63,944 bases of DNA, filler included, from Collodictyon triciliatum (GCA_043381765.1; 20 parts of 20 records of this genome joined end to end with filler, not necessarily neighbours in it), one strand, 5' to 3'; shown: positions 24,086 through 38,114, numbered from the whole stretch's first letter. Notes: generated by a model not told the origin, from the letters alone. A program made the numbers and translations.

Positions 24086-25994
24086 ATGACAACACAGCGG
24101 CCTCGATCGACGCCACCACTTCGCCCAACATCCTCAACGCCACTGTCGCGTCAGGGTTCATCTCTCGGCCAGAGCGGAGCGCCGTCTACTCTTCCTCTGA
24201 GTCAAAGTGCCAATCCCAGTCGCGATGCTGATTTCAAAGGCACCCTGACAATGAAAGACTTGATGATTGTAGGTATTTGGTGTACAGACTTTGGTTTCTA
24301 TTGTAGATTCACCGTCTTCGAGGATTTTGATTTCATTCTTGATAAAAAATGAAGAAGAAAAAGAGAATGACACGATTAATTATTGCATACCAGTATCATG
24401 CAAACTTCGCTTGGTTTCAATCTTTGTTTGATATTTGTGTTCATGTTTGTGTGTTTAAGCTCTTGTTTTTTTTTTTTTTTGTATTCTTTTAAATTCAATT
24501 TCCAGTGTCCCTTTTATATATGTATAATATTAATAGCTTATTGCTGCTTTAAATATAAATGTGTTTGAACTTGCAAACTCCCAATAGAACCAATCCACTC
24601 CAGCTATTCTCCGTTCGGGTTCACCCAGTAATTACTATTCTGTAAACAAACTTGTCAAAAAACTTGTTGGTCCCAGTGGAGACAAAAGCCTGGATGGCCC
24701 TCGACCAATATCAGCAAGCTCGACAATATCATCTGCGGCATCAAAGGTAGTCTACATGGATAAAGCGTGTTTATTCGTTTTACTTGAGTGCCGACACAAG
24801 ATTCATTTTCTAATGTCCATTTCGAAAGACTTTTTTTTGTTTATATGCATGAATAATATTATTACGCTATCCCTTTGAATCAAAGAAAGAGAAAAAAATG
24901 TTTTTGTGAAATCTGTTTCTATTTTTTATGATTTAAACCCAATTTTGCAACTTATGAAAGTCAAGGGACGTATCTTACTTGTCTGACCGCCAGTTCCATG
25001 GGTATTATTTGGAAAAAAGGCCTAAATCAGCATCTGAGAAAACAACTCCAATACCGACCACCAAGATTCCAAAAGAGTTCCACATAACAGACTATTGTTG
25101 TAATATATATATATATATATATGTATATATATCCATAGTAATGATTATGATAATTTAGCGATAGCCTCATTAATTTTCTTTTATCGGCATTAAAAAATAA
25201 TTCTCGTAGCCGACCCACAAATTACACCTGATGCCGAATGGGATGGTTTGCCTCAATTTATTTGCAAAATGCCCCATCATTATTGATTTATATATGCGCA
25301 TCGTGCTTCGTGATTCGAATATATATTTAAATCATGTGTCGCATCAAAGTATATTTTATCGCATTTAGACGAGACAAATATGTGGAAACGTATTATTTTT
25401 CCATCTATGATTCCGTCAGGACGAACAGAAGTATGTGAAATAGATGATGCTTCAATGTTGACTTCCGTACAAAAACTCATCAATTTTACTCTGTAGGTTG
25501 TGCTCCTTGAAGAGTGTTTTGATAAAATGTTTTTGGAATGGGAAAGATCGTTGAAATCTAAACAGTCAGAAGACAAACAGCTGACACTTGGTTCGTTTGA
25601 TGCTATCTTAAATCCAAATCCTTACCTTTTTATTGTGGGCCCTAATCAAATAAATAACACAGAGGATTTTGATGCAGCGAAAAAGATATACTTGATTTGT
25701 TTTGTTGAAATTGTTCGCCAGGTTTCTATCAAATCCTCATTACTTTTTGTACATACATAAACTGTTTCGATTCACTTAATTTGACTTTATTCATTTGTTG
25801 TTATTATTGCTTAATCCTATTATTGTGGCTGTGGTTTTTATTCTAACAGCAAAACTTATTCAGGGTAATTAATGACTTTACTATATTGATTCAAATTTAT
25901 CTTTGAAAAGGTATCAGTTCAATGTGTAGAACGAGGAAGATTATTAACTAAGCTATGGAATGCATTTGTGGCTATGAATGACAAACAGAAACAA
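24086..25994 (+). CDS. Axonemal dynein light chain domain-containing protein (AXDND1/p28-like), partial
   Basis: Exons give IPKEFHI, IFPSMIPSGRTEVVLLEECFDKM and IYLICFVEIVRQ|VSVQCVERGRLLTKLW, matching the ELIRQV..C.ERG.LL signature of the Ax_dynein_light domain. Confidence 0.82.
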
Positions 25995-26162
25995 GTACAT
26001 GCACATGATGATACTTAACAAACAGCGTTTTTCATTATAATCATTAATATATTACCCATTCTTTCCAAAGTATATACTTTCTTTATTGGATACGATGCAA
26101 GGCCATCTAAATGAGCGTAAGAAGAATTATCATGAACTGTGTGTCCTAATTTTAAAAAAAAC

Positions 26163-26235
26163 AATTTTATTGCATGGTTTTTTATTCTTCCTTTCAATTT
26201 TGTGCAGAATGGTGGAGATAATTTAATTACATGGT
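26163..26235 (-). mobile_element. Short poly(A) retro-insertion with TSD (family D)
   Basis: CTGCACAAAATTGAAAGGAAGAATAAAAAA on the minus strand, same core as 55581-55615, between aattttattgcatggt and aatttaattacatggt. Confidence 0.7.
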
Positions 26236-26327
26236 AGCAATTAGAAAAAAACACTGTAGATAGTTCTGAAATACTGCATTTATAATTGCGATTTGTTTTT
26301 TTTGTTTTTGTTTTTTTGTTTTTTTTT

Positions 26328-26403
<76 letters not shown>

Positions 26404-26503
26404 NNNNNNNNNNNNNNNNNNNNNNNNNNNNNNNNNNNNNNNNNNNNTTAATTAATTAANNNNNNNNNNNNNNNNNNNNNNNNNNNNNNNNNNNNNNNNN
26501 NNN

Positions 26504-26990
26504 GGGAATGTGTCGTAAGATATCTCCCACAGCATATCCAACCCCTGCTACCCACGCAACCAATCAACCAGTTGGGACGCCCACCTGACCAGCTCGCTAT
26601 CACTGATTTCTTTACAGTGCTGGCCTCTCCACGGTAGTGTCTTCCCCTGCTCGTATTTGCTCTCTCCCATGCGCACCTACCTCACACCTTATGTGACATA
26701 ACCTTGCTGTACTTTGAATAGAAAAGGAGAGAATTTTCAATCCCCCTCAATATTTCAATCTCCTCGGAGAGCGTGGGAAGAGAGGAAGACGAGGTGTCCG
26801 GTGGCGGCATTTTTTTTTTTGTTGAGATAACCAAAGAGAAGCCAAGGATTCAAGACAATCCTTCTAAACTTACGCACTTCGGGATGGAGAAAGCTACCTC
26901 GCCTCTTTTCGTAGTTAAAGGGTTGAGTGAGTGGAAGTGATTCATCAATGATTATTGTAGACGAAGGGCAGTAGAGTGACAACGAAGACA
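26504..26990 (-). mobile_element. Degenerate dispersed repeat, same family as 22400-23094 and 50760-50940
   Basis: Shares CAATCAACCAGTTGGG.CGCCC.CCTGACCA.CTCG.TATC.CTG with the 50788-50835 region. Confidence 0.55.
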
Positions 26991-29528
26991 CCGAAGAAGG
27001 GTTTTGTTATAGACTCTGACTTCCATTCCTTCACACGACTTCCATTCAATTGCCTTGTTGCAGGTTCACTTTTTTTCCACAGAACAGTTCTGCCGTGGAT
27101 GGAAGAAGGAAGAAGCGAATGGAAGCGAATACAATTTTAATCATACCAAATTAAATATGTGGTCTATATACAGAATCTGTACGAATTTGTATAAAATCCT
27201 GAACATCCGTTTCTGGCACCAGAGGAACAAAATTATACAAATAAAGAAAATTAAGTCAAATATTCTATTAACAAATCTATTTACGTATCATTTCTACTTA
27301 ATTTCAGGATAATTGTGGTCTGATTGTTGGTTTTTTAGTTCACATATGCTGGCGCAAGATGCTTAGAACTCGAGAAAATCGAACATTAACTCGCTGCGCT
27401 CCCACACAAGATGATTTGTTCTATGGAATCATTCGAAAAATCCAGTGATTTCCCGATTATATCATCGGGTTTATATTCCGATGTCCCTTCTTTAACTTCT
27501 AAATAATGCCGCAGGTTCTCGCTGCTAACAGTATCCACTGTGTGCTCGGGTTCAACATTGCTCAAGGCCTGGAATTATATTCTTGCTTCACTGCCCGGAA
27601 TGTCCCCAAAGGATGAGTGTCGATTACTCAAAAGCCTAGAGACAAGAGGACGCAGGTAACATTAGTCACCCATGCCAGTACAACCACTCCTCCTCACGTG
27701 ATATCAACTTTGCCCAAGGCACTTGAGTGTCTATTTTTTCTACCACTTGTAATTTTTTTTCATTCAGTGTTCTTTCGGTTGGCTTAACACATCGGAGAAA
27801 TTACACGTCTAATACGTGTTTTCGTTTGCGCTCCCGTACCCTAATGAGATAAACATGGATCGAAAGTTTCTGAGGACACCAGACGCTAACGGAAAGGGTT
27901 GACCCGCTCATACGTTAAACACCACACTACCTCCACCATACAGCAATCGTTACATTTTTACAACTCTTGCTCCACTAGCACTATATCTGTATATATGACT
28001 TCAGAATTAAATCCTTGCCATATATCTCTGTGTACCCAGAGGGCGAGCAGAACATCGCAACAAAAATGTCGGACACTTTCAATGAAGAGGTTCTTAAGAC
28101 ATGATAATCATCGCACTTCATGAAATATACCATATGAAAAGGATTTCCAATCATTTTACCGCACTTTTTTTTCCGAGTGTAACATAGTTTACATTTTGGT
28201 GAACTTAAGACCCCTCCCCTCTCGAAAAAAAGGACAAGAAAGAGGCAAATGAAGCATTTTGAAGCCATTATCGCCTGAAATATTAGGTTGGGTTTCGGAA
28301 TTTAGAGAAATTTTCTGCAAGGAGAATCCTAAGGACCAGCCTACCGAACAACGCGATATGTGCAACATCGTCTTAAATTTTTGGGTCTGACATGTGCGCA
28401 TTCAGATGGGGCGATACATGAAAGCTAAGACTTAATGAATTTCTAAGAATGTAGGAACCGATGTGCATGTCTTTTTTTATTTATATGCCAAACTTACTAT
28501 GACAGGTGATATTTGTGTACATCATAGTTAAGCCACGTACAATAGGCAGTAACCTAACAGTCTCCTGCTGTGTTAGCAACGGAACATTGGACATAATAGA
28601 GTTTATAAATTTGACAACTGTAAGCGGAATATCATTTTCGCTACAGTCAAGAGCGGGCCGAGAGATAATGAGAATTTTTCCAGATATTATACATGTTGTT
28701 TCGGTACTTTAGCTATTTGTTGTCATTTGGTGCCTAGAATATACGTGTTTTGTTTTATCCTCAATTGACGTAGTCTTTTCCAATAAATATAAATCAAACT
28801 AAGAGGAAAAAAAATCGTCATATTATTCAGCGAAAATTTAAAAAACAGCGACAAAGGTTCTTTACCACTCATTGTGCCCATGCGTCTTCACGCCGCCCAG
28901 CCCAATAGAAACTTATTTTCAGACCCCAAAACACATGAACTACAAATCTACTTGGCAGAACCTAAGAAAATATTGTTATATGTCACACTCACGCAATACT
29001 CTAGAATATCATAAGATTATACGTACAGGAAAACTTTTTATCTACCTTTTCGTGCCCTACGCACAACAAACTGATATCTCTCATGGACTGGAGAAAAACC
29101 AACTTGTTTAACTTTCTGTGTTTTTATTACTGTTCTTAATCAAATGACAAAGCATTACATTTTACCTGCTACCTGTAGATTTCACTATATTGTTAAATAC
29201 GTATCTTCCTACTATCGTCTCTACCTTCACGCTTTACTATTTGCCTCCTGTACATGCCACTCACACATTTCGCACATCTCGTCAGTATCCTCGCAGTCCA
29301 TACACCGTCACCATTATACTTACCTGCGGTGCTGTTGATAATCAGATTTTAATAGACAACTCTGATTTCATGTTGACATGATCGAATTTAAACATTGTGT
29401 CCTTGTGAATCTGATATGTAGTATTTCCCATGAAAACGCTCTATGTTCCCCAACATATATATACCTCTAACACGTTCATATGTCTAATTAATTTTGTTTC
29501 AGTTATTACTTGATAATTTATATTTCTA

Positions 29529-29718
29529 CCCCTTTGGTTTTGCACAGAAACCACGTTTTCCTTTGGTATTGCACAAAAATCACGTTTTCCTTTTTTTTTC
29601 CTTTATTCGAAAAACCACGTTTCCCTTTGGTTTTGCACAAAAACCACGTTTCCCTTTGGTTTTGCACAAAAACCACGTTTCCCTTTGGTTTTGCACAAAA
29701 ACCACGTTTCCGTTTCCC
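29529..29718. repeat. 29-bp minisatellite (CCCTTTGGTTTTGCACAAAAACCACGTTT)n, interrupted by a tiny retro-insertion
   Basis: About 5-6 adjacent units with no spacers. Insertion TTTTTTTTTCCTTTATTCGA at 29591-29610. Confidence 0.9.
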
Positions 29719-30027
29719 NNNNNNNNNNNNNNNNNNNNNNNNNNNNNNNNNNNNNNNNNNNNTTAATTAATTAANNNNNNNNNNNNNNNNNNNNNNNNNN
29801 NNNNNNNNNNNNNNNNNNGTGTTTTGTTTTTTTTTTTTTTTGGTGTTTTATTTTTTTTTTTTTTGTTATAATTTTTTTTTTTTTTTTTTTTTTGTAACTT
29901 AAAATGATGAACCATGATTATTCCTAATTCAAGACCATCTGTCCGGCAAGAACTGCTTTTTTTCTTTTCAAGGACGGACCACTTTGTTTCTCGAAAATAA
30001 TTAAGATGATGACTAATCACTTTTTAG

Positions 30028-31611
30028 GCCGGTGAAGTTTTCGGAGAATTGGCTCTTCTAGGGAATACAATTCGAACAGCTTCAATCACAACAGGAAGCA
30101 AGGTTATAAGGCAATTCATTGAAGCATTCAAATATACAATTAATTAATAATAAGATAAAATCAGGATTACAGTAAGATTGATAATAAACATGCGTAAACA
30201 ATAGTTATGATATGAAACCATCACTGAATAACCACTCCTATCATTCCAAATGGAGAATCAGTGATATATTATTCAAAGAAACTGGGAAATCATTAATGAA
30301 TATTTATATTACAAGTACTGCTCTAAAAGATTCTATTTCTATAATCTCCTCTCTTATATTATTTATAGCAATGTTTACTTCTTTCTTTGAAATCGGAAAA
30401 CTTTCAAAATTTTATGACCATTGTTCCAGAAGTATCACCCGCATTGCAGGCCCTGGCTGAAAGGTTCCGACAATCAATCATTCTTATATCATGCGCAACT
30501 TCAGCTTTCATGGTTTCGATGATTTAGTTTGCACTGTGACTAATATCTCGAAATCATGTATTATCCGATTTAAATAACTTTAGGAGAACGGCAAATAGTC
30601 TCAAGAAAATACCTTTGTTTGACTGCATTCTTGAGAATAAGCCATGGAGTAAACTGGATCTTCTTGGTGCACTCTTCACATTTGAGTCTTTTCCACCTAA
30701 CACTGTTGTATGTTCCGTAGACATCACCAACGTATTAATGATGATGGCAATTATTTTATTCTATTTGCTGATTATCACCATCAATACCATGTTCTTCATT
30801 CTTGTTTTTATTACCATTATGCTTAGTTTGTGGAAGAAAATGTCGTTGATAAGAAGTTCATGATTGTTGTACAAGGAGAAGCAAGAAGTACTATCAATAT
30901 TCGTGGACAAGACACAGAATTAGAGGTATGTGTTCAACAATTGGAAACTTGTGTCGCTATTTTATTCTTTTCTTTCTATATTTTCATATCTCTATAAATA
31001 CCCGGACTTTTTTTTTCCTGTACAGTTTTACCGTATCACATTTGCAATCAATATGTAACTTTTATGCTAGTAGTTTTTTTTTTTAAAAAAATATTATTGT
31101 AAGATACTTCGTCCAGGAAGCTGGATAGGAGAGCATTCTCTTGTCCAATCTGAGGCCGTTTACCCGAAAATTTCCTCTCTTCAAGAACATATTCTCCTTC
31201 TCTCACTTTCTTCGGACAAGTTTTCCACGTTCTTGAAGGCACAACTTTTTACAGTTTTTTTTTTTCTATTTTCTTTTCTTTTTTTTTTTTAACTCCTTGC
31301 TTGCAATTTTACTCTTATTTATAACCTTTCCATACATGATATTTCTATGCGGAGCTAAATCTGATAATTTCAAATACCTTATCAAAATTACGCCGATTAC
31401 ATAGGTTGTTCCGGAAATGCTCCCACACTTTCAAGACGTGGTTCGTCGCAGACGCGTAAGCCTGTATCTATCCCTGAAGTAACTTTGCACCACCAAATAT
31501 GCTATAATACGGTCTCAATAAAGCGTGTGTTTGTGTGTTCATGCGGTTCTACTGCAGGCAAAGTCTATTGAAGTCTCGAGTTTCGGTCCGCTGCCGTCAT
31601 CCTCAAAGTGA
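30028..31611 (+). CDS. Tandem cyclic-nucleotide-binding domain protein, 3' part
   Basis: AGEVFGELALLGNTIRTASIT, then LKKIPLF...KFMIVVQGEA...ILRPGSWIGEHSL...FSTFLKVVPEM, ending SSSK*. This is a cNMP phosphate-binding cassette followed by a degenerate second domain. Confidence 0.88.
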
Positions 31612-31973
31612 GTGCCAGAGGTGAGTCTTGCATGATTCAACTATATGTTTTTTTTTTTTTTTTTAATGATTATAATTATTATTCCCTCCTTTTTTATTTT
31701 TTAATTAAAAATTAACAAAAGTTTCATTTAAAAAAAACGAATCGAATATAGCGCTTTGTCCTTCTCACTTTTTTAACCGATAATTATTGAAGTAGATAAG
31801 AACGTTTGCTCTGAGGAGAAAGAAAATCTGATTATATTCTTAACATTCATCCTCGAGATTCTTTATCTCACCAAAATTACAAAAATAAAAAATATTTTAA
31901 TTTTTAAAACAACCGAAATCACACAACACGGATTTCATCTGAATACGTGCGAAGTTTTGCTGCTATTATGCGT

Positions 31974-32854
31974 TTATTCTGTGCTTTGAGTCAAGAGTCC
32001 GCGTATAGTTACGTCATACACAACTTCTTCAATTTTCTTGACATCGTATTTGATTGTGTCCATTCTCCTTCGCAGTCCTTCAAATTGCAAGCAGTTCGAC
32101 AGAGTGATTTATAAAATAGGAATGAAAAAGAGTTATTACACCATAGCCATGTGATGTGGATGTTATCACAGACGGTTCCTTCGGCGAGCGAATAATCATG
32201 TGATGCAAGAAAGGAAGCAGGAGGTTATCATTCAATTTAGTATAATATCAGTGAAAAAAGGGAGAGGGAGAGGGAGAGGGAGAGGGAGAGATCGACTATG
32301 AACAGGAGACATACCATCATTTTTTAAATTTAAAAGTCGAAATCCAGAATACAACTCATTAACGAATTTTTGGATGCGAAGGGGGAAACTGTAATCCTTT
32401 GCAGTAACTGCGTTGACACAGAATCGTGCCTGTGGTAGATGAAAGAAAAAAGAAAAGTTACACCGCCAAGGATCTTAAATATCTCTATACCTTTTAATTA
32501 TTGACAAAGATCTATTTCATATTTTTTTTTGTTTTGTTGTTTGTTTGTACGAATCCGAAGGACGATGTACATACGAGGTCAGAGGGCAAGCCACATACAC
32601 CCATAAGATAGTCGTCAGACTCTATGTAAAAGTCTGAAGTGTTGGAGTACAAATGAGCGTTTGAACCATTGTAGCAATATAAAGCCAATTGTATCATAAA
32701 TATACTGTTTGGTTATTACTGCCGAATGCTTCATGACACACCTAATTTTTGAGTTGTAGATGCTATGCTGATGAGCTCATTATGGGTGAACCAATGTACG
32801 AATGCAAATATTTGGATAATGTCCGATAGGTTACTTCTCCAATGGTCGTGGTAC
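31974..32854 (-). CDS. TSN: Translin (C3PO subunit), 3' part, 4 exons
   Basis: RYHDHWR...TQKL(G)..FYIESDDYLMGVCGLPSDLARFCVNAVTAKDYSFPLRIQKFVNELYSGFRLLNLKNDGLRRRMDTIKYDVKKIEEVVYDVTIRGL, the near-diagnostic translin C-terminus. Confidence 0.95.
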
Positions 32855-32929
32855 CTGTGCGGTACAATTTTCTTTATTACTGCGATATAGTGGATTATTC
32901 TATAGGGTGAAGTGTGCGATATTTTCATT

Positions 32930-33020
<91 letters not shown>

Positions 33021-33544
33021 TTGTGTNNNNNNNNNNNNNNNNNNNNNNNNNNNNNNNNNNNNNNNNNNNNTTAATTAATTAANNNNNNNNNNNNNNNNNN
33101 NNNNNNNNNNNNNNNNNNNNNNNNNNTTGTCTTTGTCTTTGTCTTTGTCTTTGTCTTTGTCTTTGTCTTTGTCTTTGTCTTTGTCTTTGTCTTTGTCTTT
33201 GTCTTTGTCTTTGTCTTTGTTTTTTATGAACTTGGTCACGCTTTTTTTATTTTGACTGGAAATTATTTACTGCACCTCATGAAACGATTCACAAATCTAT
33301 TGATATTGTAGAATCCGATTTATTCACCGCCAAAGATAAGTGCTGAAAAGCCTGTGAATTTGAGTAAGTATTCTAGCCATGTAATCGTCGTTTATTATGA
33401 AAATCCTGTTTGTTCAAATTTGTTGCTGAGAGGTACCCAGAAAGAAAATCGACAAAATAATATACTATCAAAACTTGGCAACTATTTATATTATAAAGTA
33501 TCAGAAGTTTACAGCATCTAGTATTTCAATATTATTTTCATCAG

Positions 33545-36017
33545 ATTCGCCAGCCAAGCGACCAATCCAACAGCAACACCAGATGCCACCAAAGCAAATG
33601 TAATGAGGCTCACATATTTACTCCATTGTTAATATAAGTAACCTTTTACATTCACGACAGCTACCTACGTATTATCTAAAAGACAGAATTTTTCTTCAAG
33701 TGGCAGTTGTGTGGTTAGGGTTTATGATTCTTACGTTTGCACCATCCCAGATACAGACCACCTCTTGTCCAAGCGCCATTCTCTGATGCCGAAAGCTCCT
33801 TCGCCTCGACCGACTGTTTGTATTCCATAATTCATCTCATATGATACTAATTTATTCATGGATAAGCATGAAGTCCAGAAGGGCAAAATAAGTGATGACC
33901 ACCAAGTGGTTGCCGTGTCGTGCGAGATTTGTTTCTGTACTTCATTATGATTTGTTGGTTCAATAGTTGGAGATTCGAGCATAGCAAACTCTGCAGCTAC
34001 CACTGAAATCGACATGGAAGATTTGAAACTTGCTGTAAGATACAGTCGTACTCTACCCGAAGAAAAACGGCACTCATTCTTCGAGGAGTTTGCGCAATAC
34101 TTTCGTGGTTTTGAAGATGTAGCTTATAGTTATTCACTTCAATCATTATTTTCACTTTGATTCGCTTTATATTCAAAAATACAATCTCCCTTCTCCTCCT
34201 CTCTTTTGATTATCTTGTAATGTTTCGTCGATGAATTGTTTAAAATTAACGGGGAAAAAACAAAAAAAAAGTAGTATTATTATATTCTTAGTATTTCAGT
34301 CAGATCTTAATTAGAAAAAATAATAGAGCACATTCAGCTCAAATCATAGCCGTGCGGATGATTCCTATTCATATGCACCTTCAGAACGCAGTATCTCCCG
34401 CTCGTCAGTGTCATCGTCAGTTGCACGCAAGAGAAAAAGTAATAGCCAAAGATATTATAATAATGATAATCATAATCATAATAAAAAATAATACGTCCTT
34501 TCAGGTATCTATCTCAATAAAGTAGCTGTGTGATTCTCAAACCCCTAATCTATAGCAGACCAGAAACCGATGGAAGATATACCTTCTCCACTTGACTTAA
34601 AACTCGTAATTATATTTATGACACACAATTTTCAAGAGACAATCTGAGATTTTTTTTACCATATATCTGGAAGGCAATTTATGTTATCAAATTAAACAAA
34701 TGAAAACATCTATGCACGATATGTAGTACATCGAGAGAAACTCTCGAAATGAAGAGAGATTGCTTGCTCTTGTCGAGACGCTGAAAAAGTGGCCTTTATT
34801 TTTATCCATCGTTCTCTATAGATATTCACACTCGCATATCTTTTTATTCTCAGAATTTGGAGGCTGACTTGGATTAATGTGCATGCTTTAAATTATCAGA
34901 ATCGAATCAGGAGCTCTCCGAAGTAAAGCTGAAGGGATGCTATTTTCCACAAGGTCTCCAATGAAAAAGCCCCAGTCAGTCTATGTTAAAAATTTTATTC
35001 AAATTAAGCTGCTTTCTTCAAGTCATCATCATCCTTTGTTGTATTTTCTCTCGGAAGTTGCTTACGAGACGCCATTTGTAGACCATTATCCATAGAAAAT
35101 GCATCACGCAGGAGCCCGAATCAGATCGACCCTTCTGTTGCAAAAACTTCAACATCAACATCAACAAAGACAGCTGCACCGATTTCGACTGCGGGCCCAA
35201 GCAAGGCACAAGTTCCACCACAAAAGTAAAAAAAATAATCAGAAAGAAAATAGAAGAAAATAGGGGAAACGAAAGTCATGACACCGTTAACGAAATCGAG
35301 TGCACATGTGTCTGGTCAAATGAAACACTGGAAATAATGAATGAATCGCACCAAAATTCAATTTACTTTGTTCAAAAAGAACAGCATAATTCGTCCTGTT
35401 TATACCCTGATCCAGAGTTTATACAACACCAGAGTGCTGCCGGAAAACTACTTCCTTCTCAACCTGGAGCTGGAATCACCGAATAGATTTCCAGTTAGTA
35501 TACCTCTCAACCAATTCATTTTATTAAATCCTCCTGGTTTTAAAGCTTGAATAATTTTTGCCATTAATTGTACTATCTTTCTTATCACAATATGCAACAT
35601 TTTTATCACCAGGATGAGCAAAGCACAAGTGGTAGTGACCGCCAGAGTGGAGCAGAATGTAAGATAGAAAGCGAAATAGACGAGTACTTTTCTAGATGCC
35701 ATGATGAAGCTATCGAAGGAGACAGCTATAGTGCCGAGTCATTGCACGATATAATCCACGGTATGCCGATGCTCACCACCTGAAGTTTTATCGAAGAATA
35801 TGATTTAGAACCTATTTTGATATTTTTACAAGTTATGCGACTGTATTTTGTGGGGACTCACAGAATTTTTCAATCGAATTTAGAGATTTGTATTCGCTAT
35901 TATTGTTCGCTGGTGCGCTCCCTTATCATTTCGTTTAAAACTAATTCATAGGACCAGAGCAACCATATGACTATTCAGAAACGGCGGACTCTCTCAGCTC
36001 CATCGCAACAGAGCTGA
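33545..36017 (+). CDS. Putative multi-exon gene, unknown product
   Basis: Several AG/GT-bounded open segments (e.g. EIDMEDLKLAVRYSRTLPEEKRHSFFEEFAQYFRGFED and ECKIESEIDEYFSRCHDEAIEGDSYSAESLHDIIH). No family recognised. Confidence 0.4.
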
Positions 36018-36234
36018 CAGATATTTTATCAACTGTATTTGTTATGCATTATATCACGTTCTCTCACACGATTAACACGCTCTATTCCTCGAGAAAAGCA
36101 GAAAAGATAGAAAGGAACTACGCACCTGCTAAATCGGCATTTTTAAAATGAAAGGTATCATCAGACCGAGGTCAAAGTCAGAGCAAAGATGAAGAGGAAA
36201 GCATCGAAACCACCTCGACAGTTATTCTTGATCG

Positions 36235-36331
<97 letters not shown>

Positions 36332-36431
36332 NNNNNNNNNNNNNNNNNNNNNNNNNNNNNNNNNNNNNNNNNNNNTTAATTAATTAANNNNNNNNNNNNN
36401 NNNNNNNNNNNNNNNNNNNNNNNNNNNNNNN

Positions 36432-36710
36432 TTTCGTGTTGTAGATAAGGGTCGACAGCATCACTTGGTTCCACAACCTTACTTTCCCCACGTCCGAGAG
36501 ATGAAAGTTGCTCCACACTGATATTTTCGACTTGATGTCCTTAACCAGTCTTGTTCATTTGCTATTCGATTGTGGACCGAATATGATACCAAGATACTTG
36601 AGTGGATATGTCGGTGGCTTCCACACAATGTTTCCTGGAAACATCAGTCCATCCTGAAACCCAAAAAGAATTCCATATGTTTTGTCGTAGTTGATTTTTC
36701 CTCTAAAACT
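36432..36710 (-). mobile_element. L1/Tx1-like reverse transcriptase fragment (end of RT and thumb), 5'-truncated, one stop
   Basis: GKINYDKTYGILFG...LKYLGIIFG...*TRLVKDIKSKISVWSNFHLSDVGKVRLWNQVMLSTLIY. The KIN..KT, KYLGI and W....LS..GK..L.N.V motifs are those of L1-clade ORF2. Confidence 0.85.
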
Positions 36711-36921
36711 GTAAATATATAATTATTGTAAAATTTTTATTCATGAGAAATTTAGTTATCAACTACGGTTGAATAACCTAGCTATGAATGAGGATGTTTT
36801 TCCTCCCAAGATACTATCTCATCGGTATGAGACAAGAGTCAGAGCTATATTAATCCAATGCCTGATGAAAGTAATTATATCCTGCAATGAAACGTGAACA
36901 CATAATGAACTCTAAAATATT

Positions 36922-36983
36922 AACCAGAGAACAAGATACTTTGAATCGAATAAAGGAAAAAAAACCAGAGAATAAGATACTTT
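36922..36983 (+). mobile_element. Ultra-short poly(A) retro-insertion CTTTGAATCGAATAAAGG(A)n with 17-bp TSD (family B type example)
   Basis: aaccagagaacaagata-[CTTTGAATCGAATAAAGG AAAAAA]-aaccagagaataagata. Other copies at 6432-6449(-), 12969-12996(+), 16265-16287(-), 29591-29610(-), 38804-38821(-) and 58865-58907(+). Confidence 0.85.
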
Positions 36984-37760
36984 ACTTGAATTTTATTACG
37001 ATACCACAGTTTATGCCTCTAGTTGTGGTGATACTACAGTAATATACTCTGGTAATTCAATTTTTCGGTAATTTTTCTCATTTTTATTATTCTCAAAAAA
37101 ACAATCACTGGTTCATAATTGAAAAGCAATATTTGCGCGATATTTAATTAGAAATATAACTAAATATCCAAGCATACACAATACTATCATTTTCAAAAAA
37201 AATTATTCTGAAATGTATTATCATCACTGTATGCGCAATATCAACAAAATAACTCGACTTAAATCACAATCAAACTAGAGATATAGTCACGAATGGTGGA
37301 TAGATATCATTTAATGTGTGTTAATTCTATGACAATATCTCTCCCTGCTGAACAATTTATGAAAAAGACTTCTTTCTTCAAGTGACATTTTGGCAGAGAT
37401 AATAATTGGTGTTCACGAGGAATATTTGTTTGCTTCTTTAAAAGACTATGAGAATTTAATATGATGTCAGTGAATTGGGATTTGAAAGCCTTTGAATTAG
37501 AGAATTTTAATCGAGAGCCAAAAATGGAACAAATTGATGAAAAGACAGGTATGTGAATATTTTATTCAAGATTCTTGTATTTCACAAACCCGCTCACAAC
37601 CGTTGCCTTTAATAAAATATATTGATAAAATTCAGACATTTCGTCAAATACAGCGCACTGTTATGATTAACAATATCATTAATATGAGCTCCCATATACA
37701 ATAAACCAGTATATTTAAGTTTATAAATCATAATGATTTTTTTATTCACGACAGACTTAG

Positions 37761-38114
37761 CTGTTGGCGCCCGTGCCAACAATTTTAAATCGTAATTATC
37801 TTCCCAAAGAATCCAGGAAAATACGGTAGTATATTGTGTTGTTTTTATCCTCTATTTTTCCACTGAGAAAAAATAATTTCAATAATTTTTCTCTCATTTT
37901 GTGCAAGATGGGAGAGCATTAACCATGATTCGGATTCATTCGTTTACATTGAGATTGATGGACCCCAGGTAACTGATAAGTAGTCTTTTATCAGCGATTT
38001 AATCACTCTATTTGACTCGTAGCAGATTCTGATGAGAGATGGCCCAGATAGTATAGCGCTGAATATTTTTGCCCGTAATACCAGACACTGGGGCTTGTTT
38101 ACTCTTCTGGAATA
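37761..38114 (+). CDS. 3' exons of an unknown gene (or pseudogene)
   Basis: Three phase-compatible exons: LLAPVPTILNRNYLPKESRKIR|WESINHDSDSFVYIEIDGPQ|ILMRDGPDSIALNIFARNTRHWGLFTLLE*. Confidence 0.4.

Noticed and set aside
24873-24898. Possible extra family B copies (CTTTGAATCAAAGAAAGAG(A)n here; AATCGAATAAAGAGG at ~60899-60914 minus)
   Set aside because: Degenerate and without a clear TSD, so not counted.
29529-29718. 29-bp repeats as a CRISPR-like array
   Set aside because: Units are directly adjacent with no unique spacers. The single interruption is a poly(A) retro-insertion.
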